Assembly (NCBI RefSeq): GCF_902652985.1
Contig: NC_047019.1
Location: 20,584,001-20,648,000 of the forward strand
Direction: 5' to 3'
DNA: 64,000 nucleotides
From: Pecten maximus
Taxonomy: Eukaryota
A model generated the notes under the pieces. It ran no database searches. It was not told the origin of the DNA and saw nothing but the letters and a program-made list of their open reading frames with translations. Positions within the stretch are counted from its first letter, which is position 1. Every line of letters starts with the position of its first letter. The translations under genes and the position numbers were made by a program. Positions 24,631 to 40,800 of this stretch are shown in pieces.

Positions 24631-27600
24631 CCTATACAATTAATACTTTTATGACACTAATGTCACAACCTTGTAAAGATGTATGATTTTTCTATGAGGG
24701 AAACATCTTTGTATTCTTTTGTAATAGAACCTGTAGCTAAACATCAAACATTCATATAGTTATAATTTTTATCAGTAACTTTTATTTTTACGTCTTGCAA
24801 TCTAACACAAACTTTATCTCAGTTACATCAACAGAATAAATAGTAATTTTGAGTACATGCTATCTGGACACCAACTTTATAACCTCCTGGTAGACATAGA
24901 TAACCCCCGGAGAAGTATATCTCAGTTGTATCTACAACCTGGGATATTTATATCCATGTTTCCTGTGAACTCAGATTTTATGGTCGACTTTTTTTGTACA
25001 TGTTTAACAATGAGTACATGACCATGGCCGGTATCTCAATGCTATCTCCAGACAGTAGACAGACAAGTGCCCGGGGATCTCACCATGTTTATGGCTGATG
25101 CTATTTTACAGTATAGATAGTCCCAGAAGCCCTATGAGGGAAAAATCCATGGCTAACAACTAGGGAGATCTAGATACGGAAACCATGTTTATCACTGGGT
25201 CAAATATGGGCCATCACCTCAGAAGATGACCCCTACCTTCATCCCCTACTCTATCTGTTCCCTCCTGCCACCTCCCATAGCCAATCTGACATCCATTATC
25301 CCTAACGAGGCATTTTTGTTATAGCACATAATCATTTTGATATTTTCCAACAGCACAAATGACAGCTCTTAATAACAAAAAAATGCCTGTTCTCTGAAAA
25401 TTTTCATAAATCTATCACAATAATGTTATCTATGAAGGATGGCCCATTAGTAACCTACTCAATAACCAGTTACAGACCTGCTGACCTTTCCCAGAGGTCA
25501 ATGTGGGAGATCTCTCATAAAATAATATAATGAACATTCAATAGTGAAATTTTTAGTAAAATTTTATAAGACTTTATTTCTTATTATTATTTTGTTTTCG
25601 ATCAAGTGCTGCTCGTATTATTGAACATTTAATAGTATGTTTATATATATAAATACCTAATACTGTACTTACCAAACACATCTTTAAGACCAAAACTTTC
25701 CAGACAAATGATGCTACTGTGACAATGTTTAAAACCACAGATTATGTTTTGTTTACAAACAAAAGTATATCAGATTAAATTGCCATGAAAATGTTTTAGT
25801 CAAGTATACACAAACAGACAAGTGTTATTTTAATGGTTCCTGGTATGTTAGCAGTAATGGGGTATAACTCTGGCAGTTGTCACCATAGGCCAATAACACC
25901 CAGTAGGTCATGTGACATTAATACAATAATTAATAAGTACACAACAATTATTTCTTCAAATTTGATAGGAAAATATTGATTTCATCATTAACACTAAAAC
26001 AGATTAAAATTAGAGCATTTGAACCATAATTAAAAATGCTTTAGATTGGTAAGACGAACAAAAAGTATGGGTCACCACATGGCCAAACAGCCTAATTCCT
26101 GACAGATATCTAGAAACATCTTTTTCTAAATTTTCAAATATTCCCTAAAAGTACAAAAGCATCAAATTTATTTTTCTACAGTATACTTAATAAGTAACTA
26201 TATATAAAGTAAAAAAAAAAACTAATTGAATATATATTCTATATATTCTCTCACAAGTTCCTGACCCAGTCCTGTTTAATTGTTTCTTCAATATATGGCC
26301 TACGATTAATATTAATGCAATATTCAGTCGATATTGTAAAGCAATAAGAGAATGCAGGGATACAGCAAGTCACAACCTTAACTGGCCTATCTCTTTCCTG
26401 TTCCTGTCCAATACTTAGACAGTGTAGAAAGGATCTAAATACTCCAAATGGTCAATTAAGTGGGAAACACAATTGTAGCCAAGTGACCAGTCTCCCTATC
26501 GATACATCAAGTGGTAATATATAACGATTAACCACCAACTGACCCGAGCCTCTCTCTGATAATTAACTTAAAAATAATGGGTTTCCCTTAATACTATTAT
26601 TGGTATAAAGTCCAGAGATTTTATCCATGTTTAAATTTACGTCTGTAAACAGAGTTAGGGTCGAAGGCCAGGAAACATGAGGTTACTGACCAATATAACA
26701 CGCAAAAATTGACTTCATATAAACGGACAAACATCAAAAGTGACCATACCGCTGACAATATAATCATCAATTATTTTCAACTGTCAACTATTTCATCATT
26801 TTTTTGTCATTTACATTCTATAACAAAACATTTTCCTGCCTTTTTTACGAGGAAATCACTGTAAGTTTGTAATAAATGAAAGAACAATATTGATTTTGAA
26901 ATGATTGATTGTCACTTGTTTTTCCAGCTTCATCACCATAATGTGTTTTTTGATTGATATGTAATTGATTTCCATTAAAGAAAGATAACCCATTACAGTA
27001 TCGAGTTACACAGTACGAGCCTTGATTTTCCAATATACTACATCAATTCTTCAGTTACATACATCATTGGATGTCTGCAGGGAACAATGTTTCAATGATT
27101 TACAAATATGACTTTTGAAGCAGAAATATGATTTACAGATCACAAGCAGCAGGAAAACAGATTTATCATCCAGGTATAAAGGGGGACAGAGTTACAGGTA
27201 TGATTCGTATGGGTAAATACGATGCTTTATAATTTATACCGACCAAACCTTGATATAATCTTACAAAGGTTGTCTTACTAATTATGTTAAAATTCTTTCT
27301 ATGTAAATTAAATTATTTGTATGTAAAACTTTCTATATAGATCATAACCTTTTTTATGTACAATGCAGCAACCTGCGAATCATTTTAACTCAAAAAGTTG
27401 TGATGTACATAAGTTGAACTGGTTTGGATCCTATACCTTAATTTGCCTTCAAACCTGTAAAACAATTAATGCACATTCAGTCCTTTTAAACAGGTAAATT
27501 TAGCAGCAGAAATTAAGTTCAGAATACTAATAGATGCTTTAGATTTTTTTATCTAAATTTAGATTTCAATCAAGATAACTTTTCTATCATACTGGAACCA

Positions 27601-27844
27601 AGTGTTGGTAGTAATTTGCAACAATCAAATCAAGAAAAGACCATCTTAACCTCCAGGCTACCTCCAGAAACAAATGCTCACAGCACCACTCAATGGTGCA
27701 TCCTTCTATAGCTGGTACATATTTTCAGGTAAGGAATTCCATAATTTTATCTCAGTAAACGCTAAAATCAGTTTTAGTTGGGGAAAAAATTGGGGAATCA
27801 GTTCCTTGCCTGAGTGCCCTGTGAACTTATAGTCATTTGTATGT

Positions 27845-27985
27845 CAAGGTCATTATAGTCACTTCTCACAAGGTCATTATAGTCAATGTTACAAGGTGAT
27901 TATAGTCACTTCTTACAAGGTGATTATAGTCACTGCTACAAGGTGATTATAGTCACTGCTACAAGGTCATTATAGTCACTGCTAA
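27845..27985. repeat. 23-bp minisatellite (acaaggt(c/g)attatagtcactgct), about 6 copies
   Basis: Direct tandem units. Confidence 0.9.
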
Positions 27986-30804
27986 GTCAGTAAACCTCTT
28001 ATCTATCCCAGACTTTGTGATGATGGCCTTACATTTACCACAAGATGGACTAACATTTTATCAACAGAGGTAAAGAAAGTAAAGATCATGATATAGGGAC
28101 ACTTAATTTGGCTGAAACTAACACAAATGAAATCAAGCACTTATATGACAAAGATTAACAAAACCTGTCTACTGAATCAAAAACAATAGAATTAAAGCAC
28201 TTGAATGATTTTGATGACTGGACACTTTGCCTGATGCACCAATGCCAGAAAGGGACATTGTCTATAACATTAGCTGCCCAGTCACCTCAGACAATCTCTC
28301 CTCGAACTGTCCATTACTGACAAGGAGTGTGATCCTCTGACACAACTTGGCACCAATACCACCTGTTTGTACAAGGTATACATCTACATCTCATAAAACA
28401 TGCATGGCCAACAGTCCCCAACCATTACAGAGAGACCAGACACTACAGCCATCTCTGTCATCGACTGTATTAGAGTGTATCACAGTGCTGGCATAACCTA
28501 CGACTGCTGGTCATTCTTCTACAGTGGTCATTCCTTCGAGGCAAATGAAGCAGACTGATGGTCAATTCTCAGCGCTAATAACTTACTTCTACCATCATTA
28601 GATTAATGACTTGCCATAAAAATCGTTCTGATGTACATATACTTTGGAATAATGAGAGAATGCCTTGTAACTTAAGGCAATACATTTCTGGCTTACTTCT
28701 ATCTAAAGCATTGATCACTGAAAATCCAAGGCAAAACTAATATAATTAAGTATTGTTTTATACTGTACTGGGTATGTTGAAACAGACAAATTAATTATTG
28801 CAATTGTTGTAAATAGCTGAATCCAAATGAGTTGTACACCATAAAGTGAAATTTTATAATTCTAATTTTGTGGGGGCCATAAAAATCCATCAGGTACTCG
28901 TTATCTGAATTATTCTTAAGTTTGTTAATACATTGCTTTATTACAATACAATACTACAAATCAGAAATTGACAGCATGGGAATAGACAGATTCAGATTTG
29001 AGGTGTTTAATTTGGTATATTAACAAAGTTCTACCATATAGATATCCATTATCAGGCAGTAGAATACATCTTCAGGACAAGAGAATGTACCAAAACACCT
29101 TACATTAATGTTGTACAGACAAGTGGATTTCTCTTTTTATTTGTAAAGTCTTCTGTATGACAATGACCTCCATGAAACCCATACATAAAGCTTAATTAAT
29201 AGTAGAGGAAGTTTACTTCTGTGGAGAAGATATATGGCTGATACTGTGGATGCTTCTTGTCTGAGATATTAAAGAAGAAAACCTATATGTTGGGGTGGGT
29301 ACTTTTGGGGAATGTCTTAAGGGTGATTTCTTTATCAACATGATGGACACAATGGTAAATGTTTTTGACACAATAAATGGACCAGAGCTAAGCACTAGAT
29401 CTCTCTGAGCCAAGAAACAGTCCTGCTGATTGGTCTGTAGACAAAGCATTGACCCCACTGATTGGTTTGGCTGTAACCTAAAGGTAGCACACCATCATTT
29501 CTCAGACATCAAAGCATGAAGGTAGCATTTTAATGATTGGCCCAACAGGAAAACGAATAGCCTGCCAGACAGCATGATTAGAGATTCCTAACCAAAGAAC
29601 CAATCTATTTCTAATGGCGTTTTGACAAACATAAACCAAAAGTGTATTTTTTAGAGGTTAGTGACCATAGATATGCATGACCTGTTCAAAACAATAAATA
29701 CTGACATCAAAAGAAAATTGTTCCATATCACAAGATGGCATGGCTTTGTGTGGTTGTGGCCACAATGTGACGTGGGATTCCTGTCCTGGGAATGACACAG
29801 AGTCCCAGGTCAGTCTGTGTACCATACTAATCACCTAGAGCGTGTGTACACACTCATCATGAATCACAAAGCATTACTGTTCAGGTAAAAACAATAAACA
29901 TCTAGCATGTCTGTTTTGTTGAACTACTGATCATTTACTCGTTTATAGCAATAATGAGATTACAGAATGAATATTTCTTGATACATGCAAAGTTGGGGTA
30001 ATTTTGATCACACATATTAGTAGAAAGAGCTATTTATACTATACTCTATGCAAACTTATGCCAGGGTTTTGTCAGTGTTGTCAGTTAAGATGAGGAGGTT
30101 TGGTATTAACACTTGTGGGTGGATCTAGGCAGCCATTAATCCTGATGATCATTACTATGGTACGGAGGATGGACAGTGTTTTCTGTCTGGTCCTGGCCTT
30201 ACTTATCACATCACTCCCAACTTGGCCTGCTGACGAGAATTAGTGACTTTATACGGAGTTGTAGACATGTTGGATGGTTTACGTAGGTATTTAGGTCTGA
30301 TCCTCTTGTTGAATGGACAATTAACATTCCAGGTCCTACAGCCATCAGAGGACATGTCAGAAATAGGGTATACGTTAAATACAGAACATTACAGTGTGAA
30401 TGGTTGTTACTGAAGCACCAAAAATGGTTGTGAGTGAAATATGGGGAGGTGGGCTAATGGCAGAAGGGAGCAGAAGGGAATGGTAGATTTAGGGAACAAA
30501 ATGAAGGGTGGATTTTGGTACAGAAAACACCTAAAATACATCTAGAAGGGTGGCAATCCTTGAAGGAAGGAGGGCATAAATTAAGGGGATTAGCTTTAAA
30601 GATGGAGAGTGGAGGTAGTGGAGGGCATGGAGAGGAGTACAGAGAATAAAGGAACTAAGCTAGAGAGGGGAAAGTGAAACTGGAATGGATAGATAGAAAG
30701 GATGAGAAAACAGAAAAAGATGGGAAAACAGGGATGTAGTAAGATCTGGATTAATGCTACAAAGGACAGGAACGAAGATAAAATGAAGAAAGTAAATCTG
30801 AGGT

Positions 30805-31230
30805 AAAGAGAGAGAGACAGGAAGAGGGAGAAGAATGAAAATAGGAAGCGGGAAAGGAATGAAAATAGGAAGAGGGAGAGGAATGAAAATAGAAAGAGAG
30901 ATAGAGGAATGAAAAGAAGACAGAGGAATGAAAATAGGAAGAGAGAGAGGAATGAAAATAGGAAGAGAGAGAGGAATGAAAATAGAAAGAGAGAGAGAGG
31001 AATGAAAAGACAGGAATGAAAATAGGAAGAGAGAGGAATGAAAAGACAGAGGAATGAAAATAGGAAGAGGGAGAAGAATGAAAATAGGAAGAGAGAGAGA
31101 GAGGAATGAAAATAGGAAGAGAGAGGAATGAAAATAGGAAGAGAGAGGAAAGAAAATAGGAAGAGATAGAGGAATGCTAAGAGGATGAGGGAGGGGAATG
31201 AAAAAAGGAAGAGATGGGAAAGGCAGAGGA
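30805..31230. repeat. Polypurine low-complexity repeat (gaggaatgaaaataggaagaga)n
   Basis: Almost purely A/G on the + strand. Explains the L/P/S/F-rich 212-aa ORF. Confidence 0.9.
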
Positions 31231-34200
31231 AGATAAATGTACAGTAAAACAGAGAAAGGGGGACAGAGGGAGAGGAGTAAAACAGATTGACGGTACATTA
31301 CAGCCTAACTGGGTGTACAACATAAGTTACCCTTACCATCTGTTTTATACACCATGCCAACTGATGATCCGCACAGAACAACAAATATTTTGAGGCAAAA
31401 AAGTGTTAAAAAATAATCAGTGAGATGAAAGAAGCTGCAGACATGCTGGTGTGATACTTTGAAGAACATTCAATTCTGAAAGAATTCATTGACTTCCAAC
31501 AAAATCAAATTCTCTAAATAAGAACTTGTGCACAGGAGCCATTATGCTTTTGTTGTAATAAATCAGATAGTTCCATTCGAGAGACAAGGTTTGCATGCTG
31601 GACACACATCATTGGTTAATTAGCTGCATGTGAGAGTGGGGAAAAAGTGCATATTATCGCTTTAATTAATCAAAATGATTTTTTGTAGGATGCAAAATCA
31701 TGCTTGATCGGGGTGTGATAGGGATATTGGATGTGTGAGAGTATTACCAACCTGGCGTGGTGACTGGGTGCTAACATCCCCTACATTAACCTTTAATGTG
31801 TTACATCATTGTATCTACCGTAGTCCATCATAAGATTTCGTGTAAAACACTAATTATCGTGCTCGACGCAGAAGCTCAACATTTGTCATTTAAATTTTTA
31901 TCATTCAGTAAGGAACATTCAAATTACAGACAGACCATGGCTGCAATATAAACAAGAGACCCAGTGGGCATGCGCGCTAAAAAGTATGATGTTTTAAACA
32001 AGTGGTATTAAGGGCCTGCATTTCCATCATTATTTTATGTTAATACTCAATTTAACACAATATAGCTCAAAATCATAATTATAAACAAGTGCTCTAACTG
32101 CTTATAAAATCAAGTAGTTGTCAAATGCTTCACCAAGGTTTTTACCAAAAACACAAGAAATCACCAGATCTCAATATAAGTTGAGGGTATTGTAGAGATC
32201 CTTCTAAGACTTGTCAGTAATGCTAAGGGCTTACAGTAGTATTGATTATTATTGATATTATAATTTCAACATTGGATTCAAAAGAACATCAATTTGTGAT
32301 GTTCATATTCTGAACTCTGCCACAATTCAAATGAATTAAAACATGAAGGTTATGGCAAACCTCAAGGACTTGTGTCTTCCAGCAGCTAGTGTCCACAACC
32401 TGCAATCTCAAAGGATTCCCCAAAAGACACATATGGTCACCAGTACCAGCTGGTGTTTGCTGGAAACTTTCAGAAAAAAAGGAGAAACCTTTCATGAAAA
32501 AATTACAGCAAAAGTAAGTGTTGATTCTTGAATATTCCATGCCGTTCCAGCCAACATCAGCTGGTATTAAATTTAATTGAAAAATAACAAAAATAAAATT
32601 AAATGCCCGAACAACTTCTTTACAGATGCAACTTGTACGCCATCATAAGAACACAAAGAAATGGAACCATGTGGCAATGAAAACACTTACCATACTGAAA
32701 TATTCATTAACAAAAAAAAACCTGCTATAGTAAATTAGATTATTCATGTAGCATTCGATTATCCCCAGGTTGTCACGGTACTGAAACCGTCTCTCTGGCT
32801 CTTGCATTGCCTTCCAACATTACTCCACTGCAATCCCCTTTTCTCTCATTATCTCACAGCACAAATCTATTTTGGTGATAAAAGTTCGAGTCACCAGATT
32901 TGCATAAAGTAATCAACCTTCCCACTAACAATCAAGATTATGCAGGGAAACATTTTCCCGAACATGGATGTTGCATAAAAATAAATGTTGCTCAAAATTG
33001 TGTTTGTGCGACATATCTATTTAAATGTGTTCAGACCATGTTGGTTGTGCATAGGACACTACAGCCAAACCTCGTGGGAGAAACACCATAAAATATCCAA
33101 TAACGCCTCAGACCCAATCTAAGTCCATTACAAGCTCTGAAACTACCATCATTCTGCCCTTCTATTCCCATTTGGAAGAGTTTAAAAGATACAGATCCAA
33201 TTTTATACAATAATGTCATACGTATATAATTATAAGCATGTTCCATTAGGATCCTTTACAAAAGATCTGTTATATGTTGTTTAGGTATTCCCTCTGAACA
33301 ATAAAAGTATGGTAACTAGACCAAGCCAAACACTGTTATATTTCTGTACCTGAGGTGTTGAAGGGGTCAGAGTAGGGATACTTGAGAATAGTTTATTCGG
33401 GGTTGGGAACCAGCCAAAACCCCATGACAGGATGACAGAGCAATGTGATCCCGCTCCTCACAGTGGAGTCTGATATAAACCGGCAATGGCATGGTAACGC
33501 AATACATTATTGGCAGCTAGATTCCTCAAGTGTCAAAAATAAAGAGAAAAAAATTGTTTAGTTTAGAGTATATATTACCCTTCAAAATAATTGCTTAAAA
33601 ATAACCACCATAAATATGGCCGTTTTTCTACAAGGAAGGTTACCCGACATTAGCAGCAATGAAATGTATTCCAAACCGCAATTCAATAAACATAAAAATT
33701 CCACCAAATACCTGTCTTTTTTTTTCTAATTGTCAATCGGTAGCATTCTAAATGAGAATTTTTAAGAGTGCATAACTGTTTTGAAACAAAGCTTTCTGAA
33801 AATGAAACTAAATGTGAGCTGTCCAGGCCCTCCATCTTCATACAGTACATGTCAGTGTGCTTCGCTGGTTTTCTGTCTTACATACCAACATTAACATCAT
33901 CTTGTCAAACTTCAATGAAACGGCAGACATTTGTAGGAGTATAGTCCATCAAACATTAGACCTTTAAGGTTTGTATGCTATAAAGCTGACAGAATCTCCC
34001 AAAACGTCTTCTCAAGGTTTTCTCTTCAGTATCAATGTGATGTTCATAATGTCCATTACAGGCAGTGTCAAATTTGAAAAAAAAAAAAAATCTGAAAATT
34101 CAATCTGAAAATTGGCACAGAAACAGAATCAATAAAGAAGTGGATGTAAAGGCTGTATATATATATTACCAGTGAGGAGGCGGACATTCAGCCTCCGTAC

Positions 34201-34726
34201 CACCTGTCTGTGCGTGTCCTATAATACGTTATTAAAACACCTGTGAGGTTATATTAACCGTTGCTATTTAGAATCATACATTCTTATATACTGTGGTCAG
34301 GTCTGAAACTTAGAAGCTTCCTGCTGTATGTGAACATCAGACTAAGATTAAGACATATGTCTGAAGTATTTACCTATTTTGTTTATCTCTTAAGATTAAA
34401 TACCTATTTCAATAATCTACCCATGGATAGACACCCTCAACTTATCACAGACAGATTTTGAAGCACCAGGAGCATTTCTTATTCCGAAAAACTTCATAAC
34501 TTTCACTTCAATTTAATTTTCATTTTTCATCCCTCTAGATATCTAGCATGAGTGTAAATTCATTGCAGGGGAAAAACTATGAAATACAATCTTGCATATG
34601 TTATTTATGAATTTGTAACAACAGAGAAGATGAAAATTTGGCAAGGTAACAACCTTAAAATACAGAAACTGAAAGATTGCAATTCTGAAAGACTTCTTTT
34701 ACAGTAAAATTTGATAGATGTAAACC

Positions 34727-34919
34727 GAACCTGTCGGGATGAACCACTTGTGTAGAAGGACCATCTCTTCTGGAAAACAACACGTTTGTCTAGAAGGACC
34801 ACATCATGACAACTTTACACATGAATGCTTGATAATAATTAAAGCCTACCTGTCATGAGAGACCACCTGTTCTAATGGTTTATTGATAGCCAGAGAAGGT
34901 GGTCCTTCTAGACAGGTTC
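34727..34919. mobile_element. Degenerate MITE-like element with gaacctgtc ... gacaggttc inverted ends
   Basis: 9-bp inverted termini, plus internal tagaaggacca motifs inverted relative to tggtccttcta, and gaccacctgt. Confidence 0.45.
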
Positions 34920-37900
34920 TAAAACTACTCACCCTTTCAAAACTGCTAAGTGATATCCTGAGAGTTGAGGTCAGTTCTATTAAAGAAGGACTGAATTCTA
35001 ACGAGACTTTGGATCTGGCCAGAGTTTAGTCGGACTGGACACTGGTCAAATTTTGTATAATTCATCAGATTGACCAGAGAGTCACGGTCTGTGTCCTTAT
35101 TTTTTTGCACTAATAGAAATTACAGCAGAAAATCACAGGTAATGTATTTAAGTCAGCAAGATTTTCCAGGTAAGTCGAGGTAAGGCGATTTCCAGAGCAG
35201 CAGCGACTCTTTTATGATGACATATGAATAATGTTACACATTAAAGGGAAAAATCCTGATAAAAGTAGTGAATAAACAAGCAGTGTAATTCAGGTGAGGT
35301 AGAGAAATCCCCTGAGAATTGATGTGTAAACTGGTAGTGTCAGTTTATCATTTAAATGTTTCCAACTTAACTGTCAGATTCAATATTGAAACTTGTCACA
35401 ATTCCAGGTAAGAGTGCATCATGTAAATACAGGTAGATCCACTTATGCACGCTTCTGATGACTTTCAGAAAAACACATGCTGAAGTTTTAAAACTTCTAA
35501 AAAGACTTTCTGGTGATTCCTGTAACCATCCAACATTGAATCTCTGGTTCGTTTGGATATGGAAAGGATTCAATTCCCATCAAGAGAGGATGCTGAATAA
35601 TCCTAAACTGAAAGTTTTAGAGATTTCTGGCCCACAAATGCCTTTGATGATAACCATCTGTGGAAGGAGAAAGTGAGTCCAGTAGAAGCTGAAGTCTATA
35701 CTACAGAATCCTAGGTCTGACAGCCTTCACAGTTCCTTTAGCTGTATGAATAAACTAAAAAAAACAGCCATCAATATTGACGTGTATGGTGTAGGATTTA
35801 TAGGTATTGATTAGAGAGACAAACTGGGTAGACCTACACACATTACTATGCACATATATACTAGGTAGGTCAGCTTTTCACAAAAGATTTTTACACCCCT
35901 AGCACTAGTTCCCTTTACTCTCACAACAAGCTGCCCTATCGTCCCCTCAATTCACTAAAGTGATGGTAGTGAGTGACAGACACGGAATAGTCCATTAGCC
36001 TAGATATAGGGAGGGCAGGTCGGTGATTTTCTGCCCTGGTATGCCACACACATCTCATCCCCCTGACAAGCTAGCAATACATCTAATGGGCCGACACCAA
36101 CCAGTGATTATTAATCAATTAATGCTGGTCGACATTGCGATAGGGTTTGATGATTGAGTCAATTAATATGGAAATCTTTTGAGGGAGAAGATGACTGCTA
36201 ATCATCCCTCACAAATACACATATAAATTTTTGCCTAACATATCAAAATAACCTGAAGCTATATATAACTGCATTTTCATTGGCTAATGAGAGTTTTGGG
36301 TTTTTCCAGGTGACAGGTAAACACCGCTATGTTGGTGACATCATACTACAGGTGTGTATATAAACTGGCCCTGTGTTACCAATATTTTTCATCTTTAAAA
36401 GGTTTCTGAATTTTTGTAGTTTCATAAGTTTATAAGTAATTTATTTATGGTAATGCATTTAAATGAAGAAAAGAAAACTTAATTAAGAAATCATTCCTTA
36501 CTTAACAATGACTTCCTACAAGAAATCATTGTCGAATTCTAAACTTCAAGAATAATTTCCTACACAAAATATCTATTAATTCCCTAACTTAGTAGTTTTC
36601 ATTAAGTCATTCATCAATTTCAGGAATTATTTGCTACCTTAGTGAACATTCAAGGATGTCTGTTGTATTCGAAACCATACTTCTTCAGAAAAAGTCTGTA
36701 TAAATTGGAATGAAATGGAGGCGTAAAGTTGGATCAAGCTGATGTTTGTACACAATAAATTAATGGATTTACTTCACCCTACAAAATAACTCCAACACCA
36801 GGTAAATTTGGCAAAAATCTATACAGAAAATGAAAAAAGACATTTGCTCTATCGTGGCGACGACAAGATGGAGTGGTTATATAGTCTCGAGCTGACAAAC
36901 AGTTATGATCGTCATCTCCCTGATCAAGGAACAGGCAATCCACTCGGTCAGACTTGTCACAAAACATTATACAGAAATTTGTACAATAATTGTATGTCTG
37001 ACATAAGCATAATCTACTGTTATATATACGACTGGACAAAAGTTAGTGACACACTGAGAGATCTATAGACATTGTAAGACATCAAATACATGGCAACACG
37101 ACTCCCGTCTTCAGTTTTGTCAGTTTATAGCTTGATTTACGGTTTTGGAAATGCTTTTGATTAATTTCTTTTTAAAATTTTATGATTCTCATGCAATTGC
37201 AGTGAAGAGAAAACATCAATTATCTTTCTCATCACAGTGCCAAGGTTTTCAATACAACACATTTTAAGATAGCAGATGTGAAATTTTCCTTGAGCTACCT
37301 CAGCCCAGACAATAGCCATTAAGAAGTGACATCAAGAGACTGGACAATGTGGACTAGAAATGGTCAACATCTCCTAATATCGATGCCAGACAGTTAAGGT
37401 CTGCTGGTCCTTCTTTAAGATTGGTAAACAGAGACGTGGACAAAATCATCAGTTACTGGTAATAATACCACAAACCTCGCACGGTAACACACAATATACT
37501 ACTATACCATATCATACTGTTGTTTCAATAGATTTTCCTTGTTTGTGAGCCAATGTGAATGCAATATGGAATGATATTCATTTCAAATCATTTGGTTAAA
37601 ACTATAATTTTTTTAATGAAATCATTTAGATCTGTAATCTTTATTTTCCATGTTGGTAGGCAGACATTATACAGCCAACTATAATCTGATATTGTAGTTG
37701 TTGACAGAATGAAAAACATTCGTTTCAGATATTCATCTTTCAATGCCACCTTAAATCTAAGTTCATGCAGTAATATGAAAGTGAATCAGTTCTTTGCTTC
37801 TAATCATTACTTCAAGAGATCCGTTTTATTGGGAAAAAAACCCCAATATGGCCTGTGGTTAGAGCATTGATTTCCAGTTAACCCCGACTGACAGAGATTC

Positions 37901-39996
37901 CCCCCACTGATGCTGGACCGTTTGTGACAGAGATTAGTGGTAGAAAGTTAGCATCTTAATACCAGGCATAAATGTCAACCACTAATTACAAGGACAGATG
38001 CTTTGGCACGTGTTCCTAGACCTACAAAAGTCCTGTTTATTTCTCCTGCTATCAGGTAAAACAATTGTGATTCATTACAACTAATATGTCAAATAGAACA
38101 ATAAACAAGATTCCTAAATATTCTGGATGTTTTCTTCATTTGCATTATCATGAAAATTCCCACTTCCTTTGAAAAACTGCCATTATACCCAACTAGGGCC
38201 CATGTCTTCCTTAATTACAATATCTAACCGCTAAAACTTCAATGTATATATATTCCAACTTTTCTGTATCAAAAGTAATGGCACTATTCCAATTATACAT
38301 CATTAAGAATGTATGCTACTCACATTTCATACATGATTTTGTGTTAGATTTACCTCCCTTTGCTGTCTGTATGGTAATACTTCTAAATGTAGCATGTCAA
38401 TTTGCCAGATTGAAATCTTGGAAATATATATACAATGTATGCCAAAATATTCTTAAAACACAGTGTCGGTAAAAAAAAACCAAAAAAAAACAAACAACCA
38501 TCATCAGGATTGTATAATGCATGAATGATCCCATCTTATTGTAACTTAGACATCCAGACTAGAAATATACCCAGAAAAGTATCATTCAGTCTATAGACTA
38601 CAATAAAATCAAAATATATTCCTACACAAAACAATGGTAGAAAATTTAAACATCACACATTACCATTCAGTAATCTTTAAAACACATACATTACACAGGT
38701 TGCGACAGACCTGTATCGTAGTACTACAAATTGACGAAAAAAATCAACAAAATCCATTTACAAATTTAAAACGGAGAAGTTTCACAAACAATATTAAGAC
38801 AGTTTTATTGATTCGGAAATGTTCAAGTCATAAACGTGTCCCTGATGCCAAGATACAGTGAAATAATTTCTTCCATACCACTTCTTCCGAAACACACTGA
38901 TTACATGTGGTGTAGGCTGCTGACATTATATAAAGTAGAGATTGGAATAGTTTGTAATTCTGGGATACTGTTAAATAGTTTTCGTTATTTATCTCTACTA
39001 AAAAATTCCACGTCTCAGAGGAGATGTTTACCCTTGAACACTGATGGACGCATTTCTACTTGCCATTGAGTTTAGATGTCTTCTTACAGCAGCACAAATA
39101 TTCCCTAAGGTTGATCTCAATCACCTGCTTAGAGATGCTGTTAATATTTTTCATTTTCCTAAATCATGAAAACACATTCTTTCTTTCAAAAAAATTGTAA
39201 ACCTTTTATAAAATTACACAAGATATTTGAACCAGAACATTCAGGGCACACTAAGCAATTGTGAAATGGTTTTAAAAAGTCCTCATTATATGAATGAATT
39301 GTCTAACACATCTCCAGGAAGAAGAATTGTGTAATATACAATATGAACAATATATAACAATGAACTCTTAAAAAACAAAATGAAATACACACAGAAATGC
39401 TGTTGATACAATTTTTACCTATATATCTAACATCTTGATGGCCTACAATGGCACCAACCAATAAATAGCACTGGCGGCCATAAAGGACCTGATTTCTACA
39501 GTGATGTTTCTTTAGCAGAGTCCAGCAATGTCCTTAATTAGGAGATTGGATATTCCTTTGGGGAATCTCTCAATGACCGTTTGGATACCCTATTAGGAGA
39601 GTGGACAATACTGGCCGTCCAACATTGCTGGCCTGGGGACAATGAGAGAAATTCACTTTGTATAATGAGTGGGGTTGGCTACGACAATTAATTCCTAAGT
39701 AATGTGTGCCACATGAATGAAAACTTCAGCTGAATGTGCCCAAATATCCAGATTTAAAACTTAAACTGGACAAATTGTGTAAATTTAGAAACAGACCAGG
39801 CCATAAAAATGTCATTTGTTTGTAAAAGTAATTATTTTCTGGAGGAAATAGGATAAAATCAGGTTTAGATTTGTATCAGAGTAATGTTAGCAGATAAGTT
39901 AAGGTACTCTGCCCACTTAATGGTTAAATAACACATTACTTACTCAATCATAACACAATGGGTTCTTATTGTGATACAACTGTCACAGCCCACATA

Positions 39997-40800
39997 TATA
40001 TCATACCAGACATGCTGTATATCACACCAGACATGCTGTATATCATACCAGACATACTGTATATCACACCAGACATACTGTATATCACACCAGACATACT
40101 GTATATCACACCAGACATACTGTATATCACACCAGACATACTGTATATCACACTAGACATGCTGTATATCACACCAGACATGCTATATATCACACCAGAC
40201 ATACTGTATATCACACCAGACATGCTGTATATCACACCAGACATGCTGTATATCACACCAGACATACTGTATATTACACAAGACATGCTGTATATCACAC
40301 CAGACATGCTGTATATCATACCAGACATGCTATATATCACACCAGACATGCTGTATATCACACCAGACATGCTGTATATCATACCAGACATGCTATATAT
40401 TACACCAGACATGCTGTATATCATACCAGACATGCTGTACATTACACCAGACATGCTGTATATCACACAAGACATGCTATATATTACACCAGACATGCTG
40501 TATATCATACCAGACATGCTATATATTACACTAGACATGCTGTATATCACACCAGACATGCTGTATATCATACCAGACATGCTATATATCACACCAGACA
40601 TGCTGTATATCACACCAGACATGCTGTATATCATACCAGACATGCTATATATCACACCAGACATGCTGTATATCATACCAGACATGCTGTATATCACACC
40701 AGACATGCTCTATATCACATCAGACATGCTATATATCACACTAATACCAGACATGCTATATATCACACCAATACCAGACATGCTGTATATCACACCAGCC
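39997..40800. repeat. 21-bp minisatellite (ccagacatgctgtatatcaca), about 38 copies
   Basis: Direct tandem units. Explains the 313-aa PDMLYIT ORF. Confidence 0.97.

Noticed and set aside
25673-25681. ATG TGT TTG|gtaagt micro first exon, with similar ATG|gtaag cases near 31337, 32691 and 44946
   Set aside because: Too short to distinguish from chance donor matches in a 49-kb AT-rich intron.
30660-31298. 212-aa hydrophobic ORF
   Set aside because: Product of a polypurine/polypyrimidine low-complexity tract.
36779-37068. Overlapping 86-aa ORFs in a CpG-containing patch
   Set aside because: No compatible splice donor before the stop and no recognisable domain.
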